Source: Stegostoma tigrinum (taxonomy: Eukaryota). From it: 64,000 nt of DNA. Within the stretch, counting starts at the first letter, position 1. Every line of letters begins with the position of its first letter. Of this stretch, positions 38,270 to 49,563 are shown piece after piece. A program made the position numbers and the translations under genes. The notes beneath the pieces were generated by a model, which did not search any database, was not told the origin of the DNA, and saw nothing but the letters and a program-made list of their open reading frames with translations. The DNA lies in the NCBI RefSeq assembly GCF_030684315.1, contig NC_081374.1, forward strand, positions 33,516,630-33,580,629. The letters are read 5' to 3'.

Positions 38270-39130
38270 AACTTTGTGTGCCAGAGGTGAAAGTGTTACC
38301 AACAAAGCAATGGCCTATACAAAGACTTGTCAACCACGTGCTTCGGCAGTATCAAGGGGATGGAATTAAAGAGAAGCAGTGGCTAAGGTTTAGAGCTTTT
38401 CTGCTCAATAACTTTAGTCTTCCCAATATCTCAAGAAGGAAATTTCTGCTCATCCAATACTGGATGTGAGATAAACAAAGTGCAATTTACCAACGGGTAA
38501 TTGTGGTGGATTAAAATTGGGCACCTGGGAAAAGGCAAAGATTTCTACTACACTTTCACGATGTTGCTGAGGGACAGCTGGTAGATGAGAAACCAGAAGA
38601 GGCTATGGACTGATCCTTGAGGGACTGCACAGCAGGAGGAGGAAATGTTATAGATGATATTCTGGCTATCAATCAATGGATAAGAATAGAACCAGGTGTA
38701 TGTTGTCCTTTCAGCTGCACAGTGCAGGAGAAGTGTTGCAGTAGGATGCTGTGGTTAACAGTGGCAGATCTAGAAGGACCAGGAGGAATAGTTTACCTTT
38801 TGTCTCAGTCAACCTTCTCTTTGAGTTTCATGGCTGTGCGTGCACATGGCCTTTCCAAGGTTCAGCGCATGACGATTGGTGTGGGCTTGCTGATCATGGC
38901 ATTGAATTCTGGTTCCAGAAGTTGATGCCGTAAACAGGGCTCAGAGGCTCATGCAGTCAGGATGAAAATTTTGAGGAAATGCTGCTCACAATCTCTCAGG
39001 ATGTCATTTGTGCTTTTAATAAGGTGAGTTCCCAAAATGAAAACTGTTTAGAGGGATTCAAACGTGGTTACCTGGCAAAGATTGGCATAGATTAGGGAGC
39101 TGGAAACATATTCAGGAAGGAAGATTGAGA
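38270..39130 (-). mobile_element. Degraded L2-type LINE fragment
   Basis: gtcttcccaatatc..aatttctgctcatccaatactggatgt and gtagatgagaaa..gactgatccttgagggactgc, resembling the reverse strand of GVPQGS.L..LF..Y. Confidence 0.55.
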
Positions 39131-42100
39131 GAGAAAGACAAAGAATGGAGGCACCTAATACAGCCCCTTTCTGACTGGATTATCCATGATTAACTTATTT
39201 GACAACAACCCCAATAAATGCCATCATAATTCCCCATTCAATAAACATCACACCAATTACTATCTCTGATCATCACCGGAATGTGCTTGGCCACAATGTT
39301 AACACAAAAACCACCTCAAAACTCCTAATTAGATTCACAAATGAACTGTTGCCATATTGCTTACAAGCAACAACTAATCACCTTTATTGATTCCTTAATA
39401 CTTGTCTTTGGCATGACTTTGTCTGCCATCGTGATCCTGTGCTGTGATACCCCAGTGGCTGCAGCATGTCTGGTTGAAAACTGTTGACTTTCTGTCAGGA
39501 TGAACTGCAGATAGCCTTGGACAATGACTTTGAGCATTTCTGGCTGTACAAGGCCCTGCTTTGCATGATACCATTTCAGCTTATCAGTGATAGTAAACTG
39601 ATAGTGGCAGAGAGCCAAAAGTAAGGACACTGGTGATGTGGCAACGGTGGGAGTGTGAACCCTGTCATTGCTAAGTGAAGGTGCTAAGTTGTCTGTGCAG
39701 AGCCATTGCCACTCCCCCAGGATGGTGCACCAGGAAATCTTAATGTGCTGAAGGATGGAATGCTTGACTGCTGTGACACCTTGCAAGTCCCTTGGCTCAT
39801 TGGTATCCAAAATCACAACAGTAGAGGTCTGGATAGGCACAGCCAGAAGTTAGGTTTACATGGCTTTACTCTGAGTTTTCACTTAGAAACAGTTAGGCTT
39901 TAAATGGTTTTGACTTGTATTGTAGTGGAAACTGAAGCATCAAGAACTAAAGCACTGTTGGGTCCACAATTGTGCTAATGGAGTGATTGTCATTGATACA
40001 AAGCAGTGCCTCTAAACTTTGTGTGATATTATGTTTCCAGTTGAAATCAGACATCCTCTGCAATTTGGCTTACATTCTCATCTTCCTGGTTAGCCTGCCA
40101 ATACATCATATTCCACTAGACAAAGCATCAGTCAGAGGAGAACTTGTATATAACCTCACCCTCTGGGCAGCTAGCATTTGGCTGCCTTTCTTTGCTGTCC
40201 TGACTGCAGGCCATACATCCTCAGTGGTTCACCATGTGCAGGTCCTACTTTTAAGCTATTTTCTAAACTAGGCCTAATTGATTATTGACTACAATTATGA
40301 GCATCAGTTTTTGATGATTCATCTTTGGCACACTCTCCACTCAATGTTTTGCTACTGCCTGACTAGGTACGAGTTACTACATATCTGAAAGCAGAAAAGC
40401 ACAGGTATTTGTGTGATGGGGACAAGGAGGTAAATAAGAAGTGCATCCTTAAACCTTCTGCAGTTTGTACACCAGAAGTAAGAGAGGGAATTGGGCATGA
40501 GAATATGGATTTGATGTGAGAATACTGTTATCTTTGGTGTTTTAAATGTGGTCATTGGTCACAATTTCAGCAGTGGCTAATCCAATTAAAATGATTACTG
40601 CCTTCCCCATCACAGTAAAGATATATAGCCCTCACAGTCTCCCTCCTTTTAACACATTTCCAGAAACAGCAGGCGTTGTCTTGTCCTGTAAAAAAACAGA
40701 GAAGTGTGTCATTCATCCTGTTACAAAATGTTTAGGTGATGTGCTTATTATTGATTGAATGACTGGAGAAGTATGTAGGTATGAAGCTTGTGGCAGTTTG
40801 CGAGTTGGTTTGTGAGGAAAACAAAATATGTCAGTTACAACTCTGCCAACGGTGAAGCGAATGATGGGGGTGTGATCTATTGAGCAGAGTTTGAGGATAG
40901 TGGTGCAATTTCTAGAATATGGCATTTGAAAATATGCTCCCTCACCTAGACAAGTCTTGTGAGGCCATGAATTTTATGAGCCTGCTTCAGGTTATTGGGA
41001 AATAATTCTTGGAATTGATCACCACAGTGGTCCCATTGCCAATGCAGTCTATGGAGTACTTCCTGGTCCCTTGCATACAAATTGTGTGTCTCCTCTTCTC
41101 CAATTGTTCCATCAAGACTCCCACTAGAGAACAGCAGAGAATGTACCCTTTCTGCTCAGATTCTCTTCCACCAACAGTTCCTGTACCTTGTCTAGCCGGA
41201 ATGTACCTTTCCCTTTAAGAGATACAAGTGTAGGCATTAATTAGCACCAGTTAACTTTAAGTGATGATGGGTCACTCTCAAACGCAGGCTCCCTAATAAG
41301 GAGTGTCCCATGTCATTGAACTTAGCGTTGGCGGTGTGCAGTAAACAGGTAAATTAGCTGACAATGCCAAGTTGGTGTGCCACCTGTATCGAAATCAAAG
41401 GTGTGGGTTGGTCACTAATTGCCATCCTTTTCCTTGTTTTTGGCTGTTAAATTTTGTCCCTTGGGTTCCAGTGAGGAAATTTATTTTTGAGAAGCTTATC
41501 AGTGCGATGGATTAGGAAATGAATATAGATGTCCCAAACGAATTAGTTCAGATTTGCTGCACTGCAGACGCGAGCTCTATAGGAACCCACATTTTATTGC
41601 ATGTTAGGTTAATTCAGATTCTTTTATGCTTACTGCTCAAGGTCATTGAGAGCTAGTGACTGCTGGTGCATAAAATGCCTCTTATTTACCTCCCTAACAC
41701 CACCCCAACATCTTCTGCCGTGGTTTCCCTCTCTCAGCAACTGAAAGCAAATTTCCCTGCCAAGTAATCAGCAGTGAACAGAAAGATGAGGAGTTGCAGC
41801 AGAATCTGCAGAACATTCTTCCAGCCAGAGCTGGAGGCTCTGAAAATGCAGCACTACCTTTTCAACAAAAGAATAGTAATCGACTTTTTCTTTAACTTCA
41901 ATCATCTGGGCGTTGCAGTAGTCTCCATATCCTAGCTATTTTTGCTATACTGCAGTATTATGAATGGTTGATACAGGCAAAATAATATGAATACTTTAAA
42001 TCAATGTTTCCTCTGACCATGGATCTGAAGAGAATAAAATGTTTAGAAATTAAATACTCATTTTTCTCTGATTTTTCAATTTTAATGATTTATAGTATAG

Positions 42101-43134
42101 AAGGCATTTCAATAAATCTCAAGTCCCACATTTCTGCCAGTTTGACTCCACAATATACAACACAAACGTTTATGAAAACAAATTTCATTTTATTTATCAT
42201 TTTTCTCAAAAAAAAACTACGACCTCTTTTTAATCAATTTTTGAGTCTGATTATTCTTTAAAAGATTAGGATTAATGAATTATGCTAATTTGACCTACTT
42301 ATAAATCTGATTTAAGATTAATTGGAAACTAGTCTTTTCAGGATAAATTAAAATCCACATTCCTTATGAAACTTGGAGTAAAAGTGTTTCTACTGTTCAC
42401 ACAAAACGCTAATTAATCACAGCAATTAGACCTAATTTTCATATGCCATTAAGCAAAAGAGAATGTAATCCTTTCCAGGTAGCTCGAAGAATCCTATCTT
42501 TGGGTTTGTTAGCTGTTTTAAATATTGAACCAATATATGAATAAATTCTAATAATTAGACTTAAATTATATCTGTACATTTAGGTGCACATTCTTAATGA
42601 AAGTTGAGTGTATATTTTGGGCCTACTAGCTTCACTCAGTGAAGAATCCATCGGAAAAAAAAATTGCATTTAAAGGAGGATGTAACTACCACACAAATCC
42701 AACATTCACCATGGCCTAAGATCAGACTAACCCTGATTGAATGAATAATAAATTCCATAATGCTACATGGCATTGTCGGCATCTGCAACCACGAGGCAAT
42801 ATCTTTAAGTAGGGTTGTATGTATGCCTTTCCATTACAATTGGGAAAACCAGTATTTAAGAACCATATAAAACAGACAAAGCATAAAACTTAAAAGTAAC
42901 AGAAAAAGAATAGAAATATAGAACATTTATGATGAAGGAGGAAACCAAGCAGTTCATGGCTGACCTAGCCAGAGAAAAAGGAATTATTCACCCTCACTAC
43001 CGTTTTCCAGCTCTTGGACTATAGCCCTCCAGGATACAGCAGGTAAAGTGCACACTCAAGTGCTTTTTCAAATGCAGCCGAGAGTGGCAACTGTTGCAGT
43101 GTGAATAGAATCTCAATGTTAATTTGTAAAGGCT

Positions 43135-43452
43135 ATATAGAACCCCTACAGTGTAGAAACAGGTCATTCAACACAACAAGTCCACATCGCCCCTCTGAAG
43201 AAAATCCTACCCAGACCCATTCCCCCACCCCTGCATTTCCCATGTCTAACCCACCTAACATAAACATCCCTGGAATACTATAGACAGTTTAGCATGGCCA
43301 ATCCACTTATGCTGCACATCTTTGGACTGTGGGAAGAAACCGGAGCACCTGGAGGATGCCCACGCAGACACTGGGAGAATATGTATGAGGGTGGAATCAA
43401 AACTGGGCCCCTGGTGCAGCCATGAAGCAGTGCTAACCACTAAGCCACCATG
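43135..43452 (-). mobile_element. tRNA-derived SINE (HE1-like)
   Basis: ctgcacatctttggactgtgggaagaaaccggagcacc...gcagtgctaaccactaagccacc. Confidence 0.88.
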
Positions 43453-43702
43453 ATCAGTGTGCGAAATGCGCTTCTGAACAATTCCAGGACTAGAGAAGCA
43501 GCAGGAACACTCCAGGACCCTATGGAATGGAGGGGCACGATAGAGATTCAAGCTAAAAGAAAGATGTTTGCGGATGTTGGAGTAACGCCATCTCCATTCA
43601 GTCCCAGGTCTTCACTATAGCAGTTTCTCAGGGTAGTGTCCCAGACCTAATCATCTTTGGTTACATCATCAATAACCTTCCCTCCACTATAGAATCAGAA
43701 AT

Positions 43703-45322
43703 AATGGAGCAAATAACTGCAGATGCTGGAATATGTGCTAAAAACAAACACTGGTGGTGATTACAGCAGGTTAGTCAGCATGCATGGAGAGAAAGCGAGC
43801 TAAAATTTCAGGTCTAGATGAATCTTTGTCAGAGCTGACATGAAGTGTGGAGATAATAAAATGTGAGGCTGGATGAACACAGCAGGCCAAGCAGCATCTC
43901 AGGAGCACAAAAGCTGCTTGGCCTGCTGTGTTCATCCAGCCTCACATTTTATTATCTTGGAATTCTCCAGCATCTGCAGTTCCCATTATCTATGAAGTGT
44001 GGAGAGGCAGTTTTCATGTAATAGTTGGGTGAGAGGGGGTGGGGACTTTGGAATGCTGGGGGAGAAAGAATGTTGATAGTTCAGATTAAGCGGTCAGAAT
44101 GCGAGAATGGCAGAACAATGGCAGTTGTAACCACCAGGTTAAAAAGAACAGACCATCCAACTGAGTGTGGGGGACAGTAATGCAACAAGTAAACTAAAGG
44201 AAAGGAATGGGAATAGGTTCACAATTTGAAGGTGTTGAACTCCATGTTAAGTGCAGAAGCTTGTAATCTTCCTAGTCTGAAGATGAGATGTTGTCCCTCC
44301 AATTTGTGCTGTGATTCACTGGAACATTGCAGAATGCTGAGGATAGACAAGTGGGCATGCAAACAGCACATTACAGTATTAAAATGACTGGCTTTGGGAA
44401 GGTCAGGATCATGCTTGCACACAGACCAGTGGCAATCTGTAAAGCAGTCATCCAGTGTGTGTTTGGTTTATCCAACGTAGAATAGGCCACATTGGGTGCA
44501 ATGAATACAATACACAAGACTGGAGGAGGTACACATGAAATGCTGCTTCACCTGGAAAAACTGTTTAGGCCCTTGGATGGTGAGCGGGGAGGAGGGGAAG
44601 GGGCAGGAGTTGCATTTTCTGCAGTTACTTGGGGAGGTGCGGAGGGAAGGCCAGGTGGTATTGATGGTGGGGAAACAGACTAGGGTGTCCTGGAGGGAAT
44701 AATCCCTACAAAATGCAGATGGGGAGTGAGGGGAAGATGTGTTTGATGTTGATGTTCTGTTGGATTTATCTGAAATGGCCAAGAATGAACATTTGAATGT
44801 GCGGGCTGGTAGGATGAAATGTGAAGAAATGGGGGACCCAATCACGTGGAAGTATGGGTCACAGGTCGGATGTGGTTGAGGGCCCTGTCAATCACAGTGG
44901 GTGGGAAGTCACGTTTATAGAAGGAGGAAGCCATGTCAGCAGCACCGTGTGAATGTGGCACCATCCAAACAGATACAGTGTAGGCGAAGGAACTGAGAGA
45001 ATAGGATGGAATCCTTGCCAGATGTGGAGTGTGACAAGCTATAGGTAGCTATGGGAATCGGTAGCTTTATAATGGATGGCATTGGACAGTTTATTCCTCA
45101 AAATTGGAACAGAGATGTCAAGGGAAGGAAAGAATGTGCCGGAAATGGGCAATATGAAAGTCTTATGGGGGTGGAAATTGGAGGCAAAATGTACAAATTT
45201 TTAAAGGTCCAGGCAGGAGCACGAAGTGGCACCAAAACAGTCAGCAAAGTAACAAGAATTTTGGGGAGGGGGATAGGGGCAATCTAGGACTGGAACAAGG
45301 ATTGTTCCTCACACCCCAGAGG
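43703..45322 (-). mobile_element. Older 5'-truncated PLE (third family): RT C-terminus, GIY-YIG, 3' UTR
   Basis: ORF fragments LVYCIHCTQCGLFYVG and KLEGQHLIFRLGRLQ..LNMEF; reverse strand near 45240-45310 gives EQSLFQS..YFADCFGATSCS. Confidence 0.9.
43854..43991. mobile_element. Very young miniature fold-back PLE insertion (same subfamily as 3441-6626)
   Basis: taataaaatgtgaggctggatgaacacagcaggccaagcagc and its exact inverse; tail on the right. Perfect 14-bp TSD atgaagtgtggaga (43840-43853, 43992-44005). Confidence 0.92.
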
Positions 45323-45685
45323 CTAAGGTGTTAGCGGCACAATTTCAGCACCATTCACAATTCCTCAGAAAATTAAACAGCTTATGCTGCCAGACATGAA
45401 CAACATTTGATATGTCGCAATTAGCTTTCATGCCGCACAGGTATCAGGCAATTTACATCTCCTAAGAGAGAATTTAACCATCCCCTCTTGACATTCCTGA
45501 CATTGGTATTACAATTTCTGAATCCTTCACTATTGACATCCTAGGTGGTACCATTGACCAGAAACTGAATTGGACCAGCCAAATAAATACTACGGCTATA
45601 AGAGCAGATAAGAGGCTAGGGATTATATGGTGCATAGCTCCCCTTCGGTCTCCCTAATGCCTATCCACCATCTAAAAGGAACAAG

Positions 45686-46440
45686 TGAATGAATGAATGA
45701 ATAATTCATTGTCACTTGTATTTGACAAATAATACAGTGGAAAGTGTAATATGTCACCATGCTCCAGTGCCATCTTGAGCTACAGATGCAACCAGATCGA
45801 ACCAAAACCAGAGTTCTTCCTCCTCTTTGTAGTCCATTCTACATTGGGTTTGGAGTAGAGGAGGATCTCCCACAACAGGCTTTTGGCTTACCAACACCTC
45901 CGCACCATAGTCTAAAACAGAAGCCCAGCTCCAGGGCTACCAGTGCCGCTTTTGCTTCCAGGAGTGCCATTTTGGGCGTACTGTGCCGCCGCTGATGGAA
46001 ATGCCAGTCCTGTCAATCTGCCAGGGGTATCGCTGCAGTTAAAGCCAATTTCAATGTCAACTGCAGAGGCTGCCCTACTGGTGCTGCCACCACCACCACC
46101 TTGCATCCTGTGTTGGGCCCACCAGCGTCGAAGTCACCATGCTGTGGCACCATCTCTCGCCACTGGGCTCACTCTCGCTGCCATTGTAAGCTCCCTCTGG
46201 GCTAGCTCTCCCCAAGGACCCGACTCTTGCCACCACTGCCATGCATGCTAAGGAGGCTGGGACTTCCTTTTGCCCTGTCAAAGATGCCAAGAAAGATTTT
46301 AGAGATAAAAACGGGAAAGCAAAAGAAAAGAATAAACGTTTTTTAAATAATAAAAATAATGAAGAAAATATATGGAATTGAACAAGCCACAGGCCAGGAG
46401 CTCAGACACAGTGTGGCTCCTCTATTGCCATCTTGGAAAT
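45686..46440 (-). mobile_element. Probable non-autonomous retroposon with (TTCA)n-type tail; related 3' end at about 16835-16930
   Basis: Left end (gaat)n + ttcattgtcacttgta..gccatcttgag, right end gccatcttggaa. It interrupts the older LINE. Family not identified. Confidence 0.5.
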
Positions 46441-47263
46441 GGAAGTCAGGAATATTATGGGAATACTTTCTACTTTTTGGATGGGTTCAACTTCAACAAA
46501 ATTTTTGTTGCATGTCACATTGAGGTCAAAGCTGACAGCTTGATTGGCACCCAATCCACCACCTTCAACAGTGTGTCATCCACTATCGACGTTCTGTAGC
46601 AACAGTGTGATCTGCTGTAATTCATGAAGGCTCCTTTTGATATTGCCATCCAACTGTGTACTGTGATTCAGAAGGACAAAGACATCAGATGAATGGGAAT
46701 ATCATCACTTGCAAGTTTCTCTTCAAGTCATACGACATCTTGAATTAAACTTTATTAGTATTCCTTTACTGGTGCTAGGTCAATATCTTGGAAATCTTCC
46801 TGACAGCAGTGTGGAAGTATTTACATTGCAAAGAGCAGCAGTAATTCAAGACGGCAGCTCACCAACACCTTCTCAAAGGATATGAAGAATTGGTAATGAA
46901 TGCTGGTCAAGCCCACATTTCATAAATGAATAAAAAACAGTCGTTACAAATTACTCTATAACATGCTAAATGAAGTGAGTTTAACTATTTGCATGCTGAC
47001 AAGGACATTTTTATAAACCAGTAATATGCCAAAACCATTTCTACCCAATTTATGCCTTAGAAGGGCCGTAGCTGTTGCAAATCTTTTTAGATTAATTTTT
47101 TTATGTGGTGGAACATTTATCATTAGGTTATAATTTTTGTATTAGAATTCTCCATTCTGTGGCCCACTGGCTGTGATTTCTTGATCATTACAATGAATAG
47201 AGGTGTATTGTGGACTGTTGAACACAGAATTAAGACATTCCATTCCAAATTTATATTTGATAT

Positions 47264-47824
47264 TGTAATGGACCAGACTGAGTCCCTTCAAAACATGTCA
47301 AGGGGATAGACTAAATCTAAACTTCTTATTTTAAAGGCAAGTGCCAAGTGCTGCATTCTGGATGCAATTTGATTGGTCAAACTATCAGGCTTGAAGCAGA
47401 ATAAAAAAATAAAGAAAAGAATTGGCTTGACTAAAACTCTATTGAAATACTTAAAACAAACTACTTTTTAACTGTGTTCCAGTAGTAAATCCCATAAGCA
47501 CACCCTTAGCAATGGCAAATTCAGGAAGATAGATTGCCTCCCGTGCAAAGCTATAGCTAAGAGATACAGAGGTGTAGCAGTTTTCACAACCGGAGAGCTG
47601 CTGAAAGCTAAACTGAAAATCCTGGTTCTATGGGAGCTTGACCCTGTCAATGCAAGTTGCTTCTACTGTTCCAAGCTTTTTAATAAAAAAAAATGCCCCA
47701 AGGCGTCACAAGCTCTTCACTTCATTTGCTTGACACACACCGCTTGGTGTCCCTGTCTCAATCTTCTCTTCTTTTCCAAAACAAAGCAATAAAATACACC
47801 CCCTAAAGCCGCAGTACCATCACA
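47264..47824. mobile_element. Probable solo LTR (561 bp)
   Basis: TG...CA termini with imperfect inverted ends tgtaatgg/ccatcaca; flanks atat/atgt (4-bp TSD with one mismatch). Confidence 0.6.
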
Positions 47825-47842
47825 ATGTCAATATTGAACAAG

Positions 47843-48055
47843 AGATAACGGGAACTGCAGATGCTGAAGAATCCGAGATAACAAAGTGTGAAGCTGGATG
47901 AACGCAGCAGGCCAAGCAGCATCTTAGGAGCACATATGCTGGCTTTTCAGGTCTCAACCCTTTCTGATGAAGGGCCTGGGCCTGAAATGTCAGCTTTTGT
48001 GCTCCTAAGATGCTGCTTGGCCTGCTGTGTTCATCCAGCTCCACAGTTTGTTATC
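47843..48055. mobile_element. Miniature fold-back PLE 3'-end insertion
   Basis: Tail on the left; arms meet at caaccctt|tctgatgaaggg (about 47962). Perfect 15-bp TSD tcaatattgaacaag (47828-47842, 48056-48070). Confidence 0.92.
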
Positions 48056-49274
48056 TCAATATTGAACAAGTTAGTCTGCATGTAGATAACCTATTTTCAC
48101 ACAAGATCAAATAAATTTCTATAGTTGGTTTTACTGTGATAATTTTATTCTTCACTTTCTACTTATTTTACTTAATTTATAAAATCTTTTAAGCATAAAT
48201 GTTGCATGTGTTTTCTTGATGGCATTAATGTGTTATGATCTCATTCAGATAAACAAGGTGAAGACAGGTGCATACAAGTTAAGATGGTGAGCACATTGTA
48301 GTAAGTTAGATGTTCCATTTGGTCATGCTCTGCAGCTGAAGACGTAAATTGTTTTACAGTTACAAAATTTATTATACCTGAGGCACCATTATTTACAAAT
48401 ATTACAGGATAAAGTATTGATGACAGCCAAAGGGGATGAACAGCTGAATTCAGTTTGGATTCAACTTACCTAAAAATTTAGAATATTTGAGCTGAAGGAG
48501 AATGTGTATTTCTTTTTAAAACAGCATGTGAAATAAGTGATATTAATATTAATTTATATTCATAAAAGTCTCAATAGTATTTGGTAATCTAGATAGTTAG
48601 GAATAGAGTATTGTGTATATACAGATCTGTGTTACTCCCTGAAAGGGCCGTGCTGTTTAATTCCAAAATTCTGGATTTTGCTTGAATATGGATTGATTTG
48701 CATACAGAAATAACTCTGCAATTATTGATGGCGTACTTTTTTTTAACAATGCAGGTTTTGCTTTTTGGTATGTTGTTGAAAAATTATTGCTGGTTAAACC
48801 AATAGATGCAAGAGCTGCATATGAATTTTTCTTTTCTCCTTCATCTCTGAGATGTAGACATTCCCTAAGGCCAATCATCTTTGAGAAGGTGATGATGAGC
48901 ATCCATATTGATCTGCTGCAGCCATGTGATGTAGTTATGCAGTTAAGGGAAACTTTCAGGCTTTTGATCAATGGTGAAGGAATAGCATCATATTTCTGAA
49001 AAAGTATAGTGTGGGATTCCAGCAACATTGGTAGTAGTGCTAATAACAAATGTCTGTAGTTTTATGGGTTTCCGTGGAACATGGACGTGTGACAGTGAGA
49101 GAAAGTTAACTGAACACTCATTTGTTGTTGTCCCGTTGTCACAGCCGAATGAATACTTCTTCCCTTTTCTCTCAAATCTGACAACGAAATCTCATCATTA
49201 TTTAGAGGCTGAAGGTTTAGAGCAGACTTTTACGTGCCACTAAATGTCACGGATATTTCAGAACTGTTTTGTAG

Positions 49275-49563
49275 TCATAGACTCCCTACTGTGTGGAAGA
49301 AGGCCATTCAGCCCATCATGTTCACAGTGTCCATGCTGAAGAGATTCCCGCCCAGACCCACTCCTACCTTTATAAATCTGCATTCCCCATGGCTAATCCA
49401 CCTTACCTGCACACCTTTGGGACGTGGAAGTAAACCAGAGCACACCCTTACAGACACAACGAGAATGTGCAAACTCCGCACATAATTGCCTGAGGGTGGA
49501 GTTTAAACCAGGGCCCTGACACCGTGAGGCAGCAGTGTTAACAACTGAGCCACTGTGCCACCC
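49275..49563 (-). mobile_element. tRNA-derived SINE (HE1-like)
   Basis: aaggccattcagccc...gtgcaaactccgcac...gtgaggcagcagtgttaacaactgagccactgtgcc. Confidence 0.88.

Larger units (their letters stand above)
43580..46940 (+). mobile_element. Old CR1/L2-group LINE 3' part in three pieces (about 43580-43700, 45325-45685, 46435-46940)
   Basis: cagggtagtgtcccagacctaatcatc..atcaataaccttcc resumes at 45330 (ttcagcaccattcac) and at 46440 (gtcaggaatattatgggaatac). Same family as 6800-9650. Confidence 0.75.
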
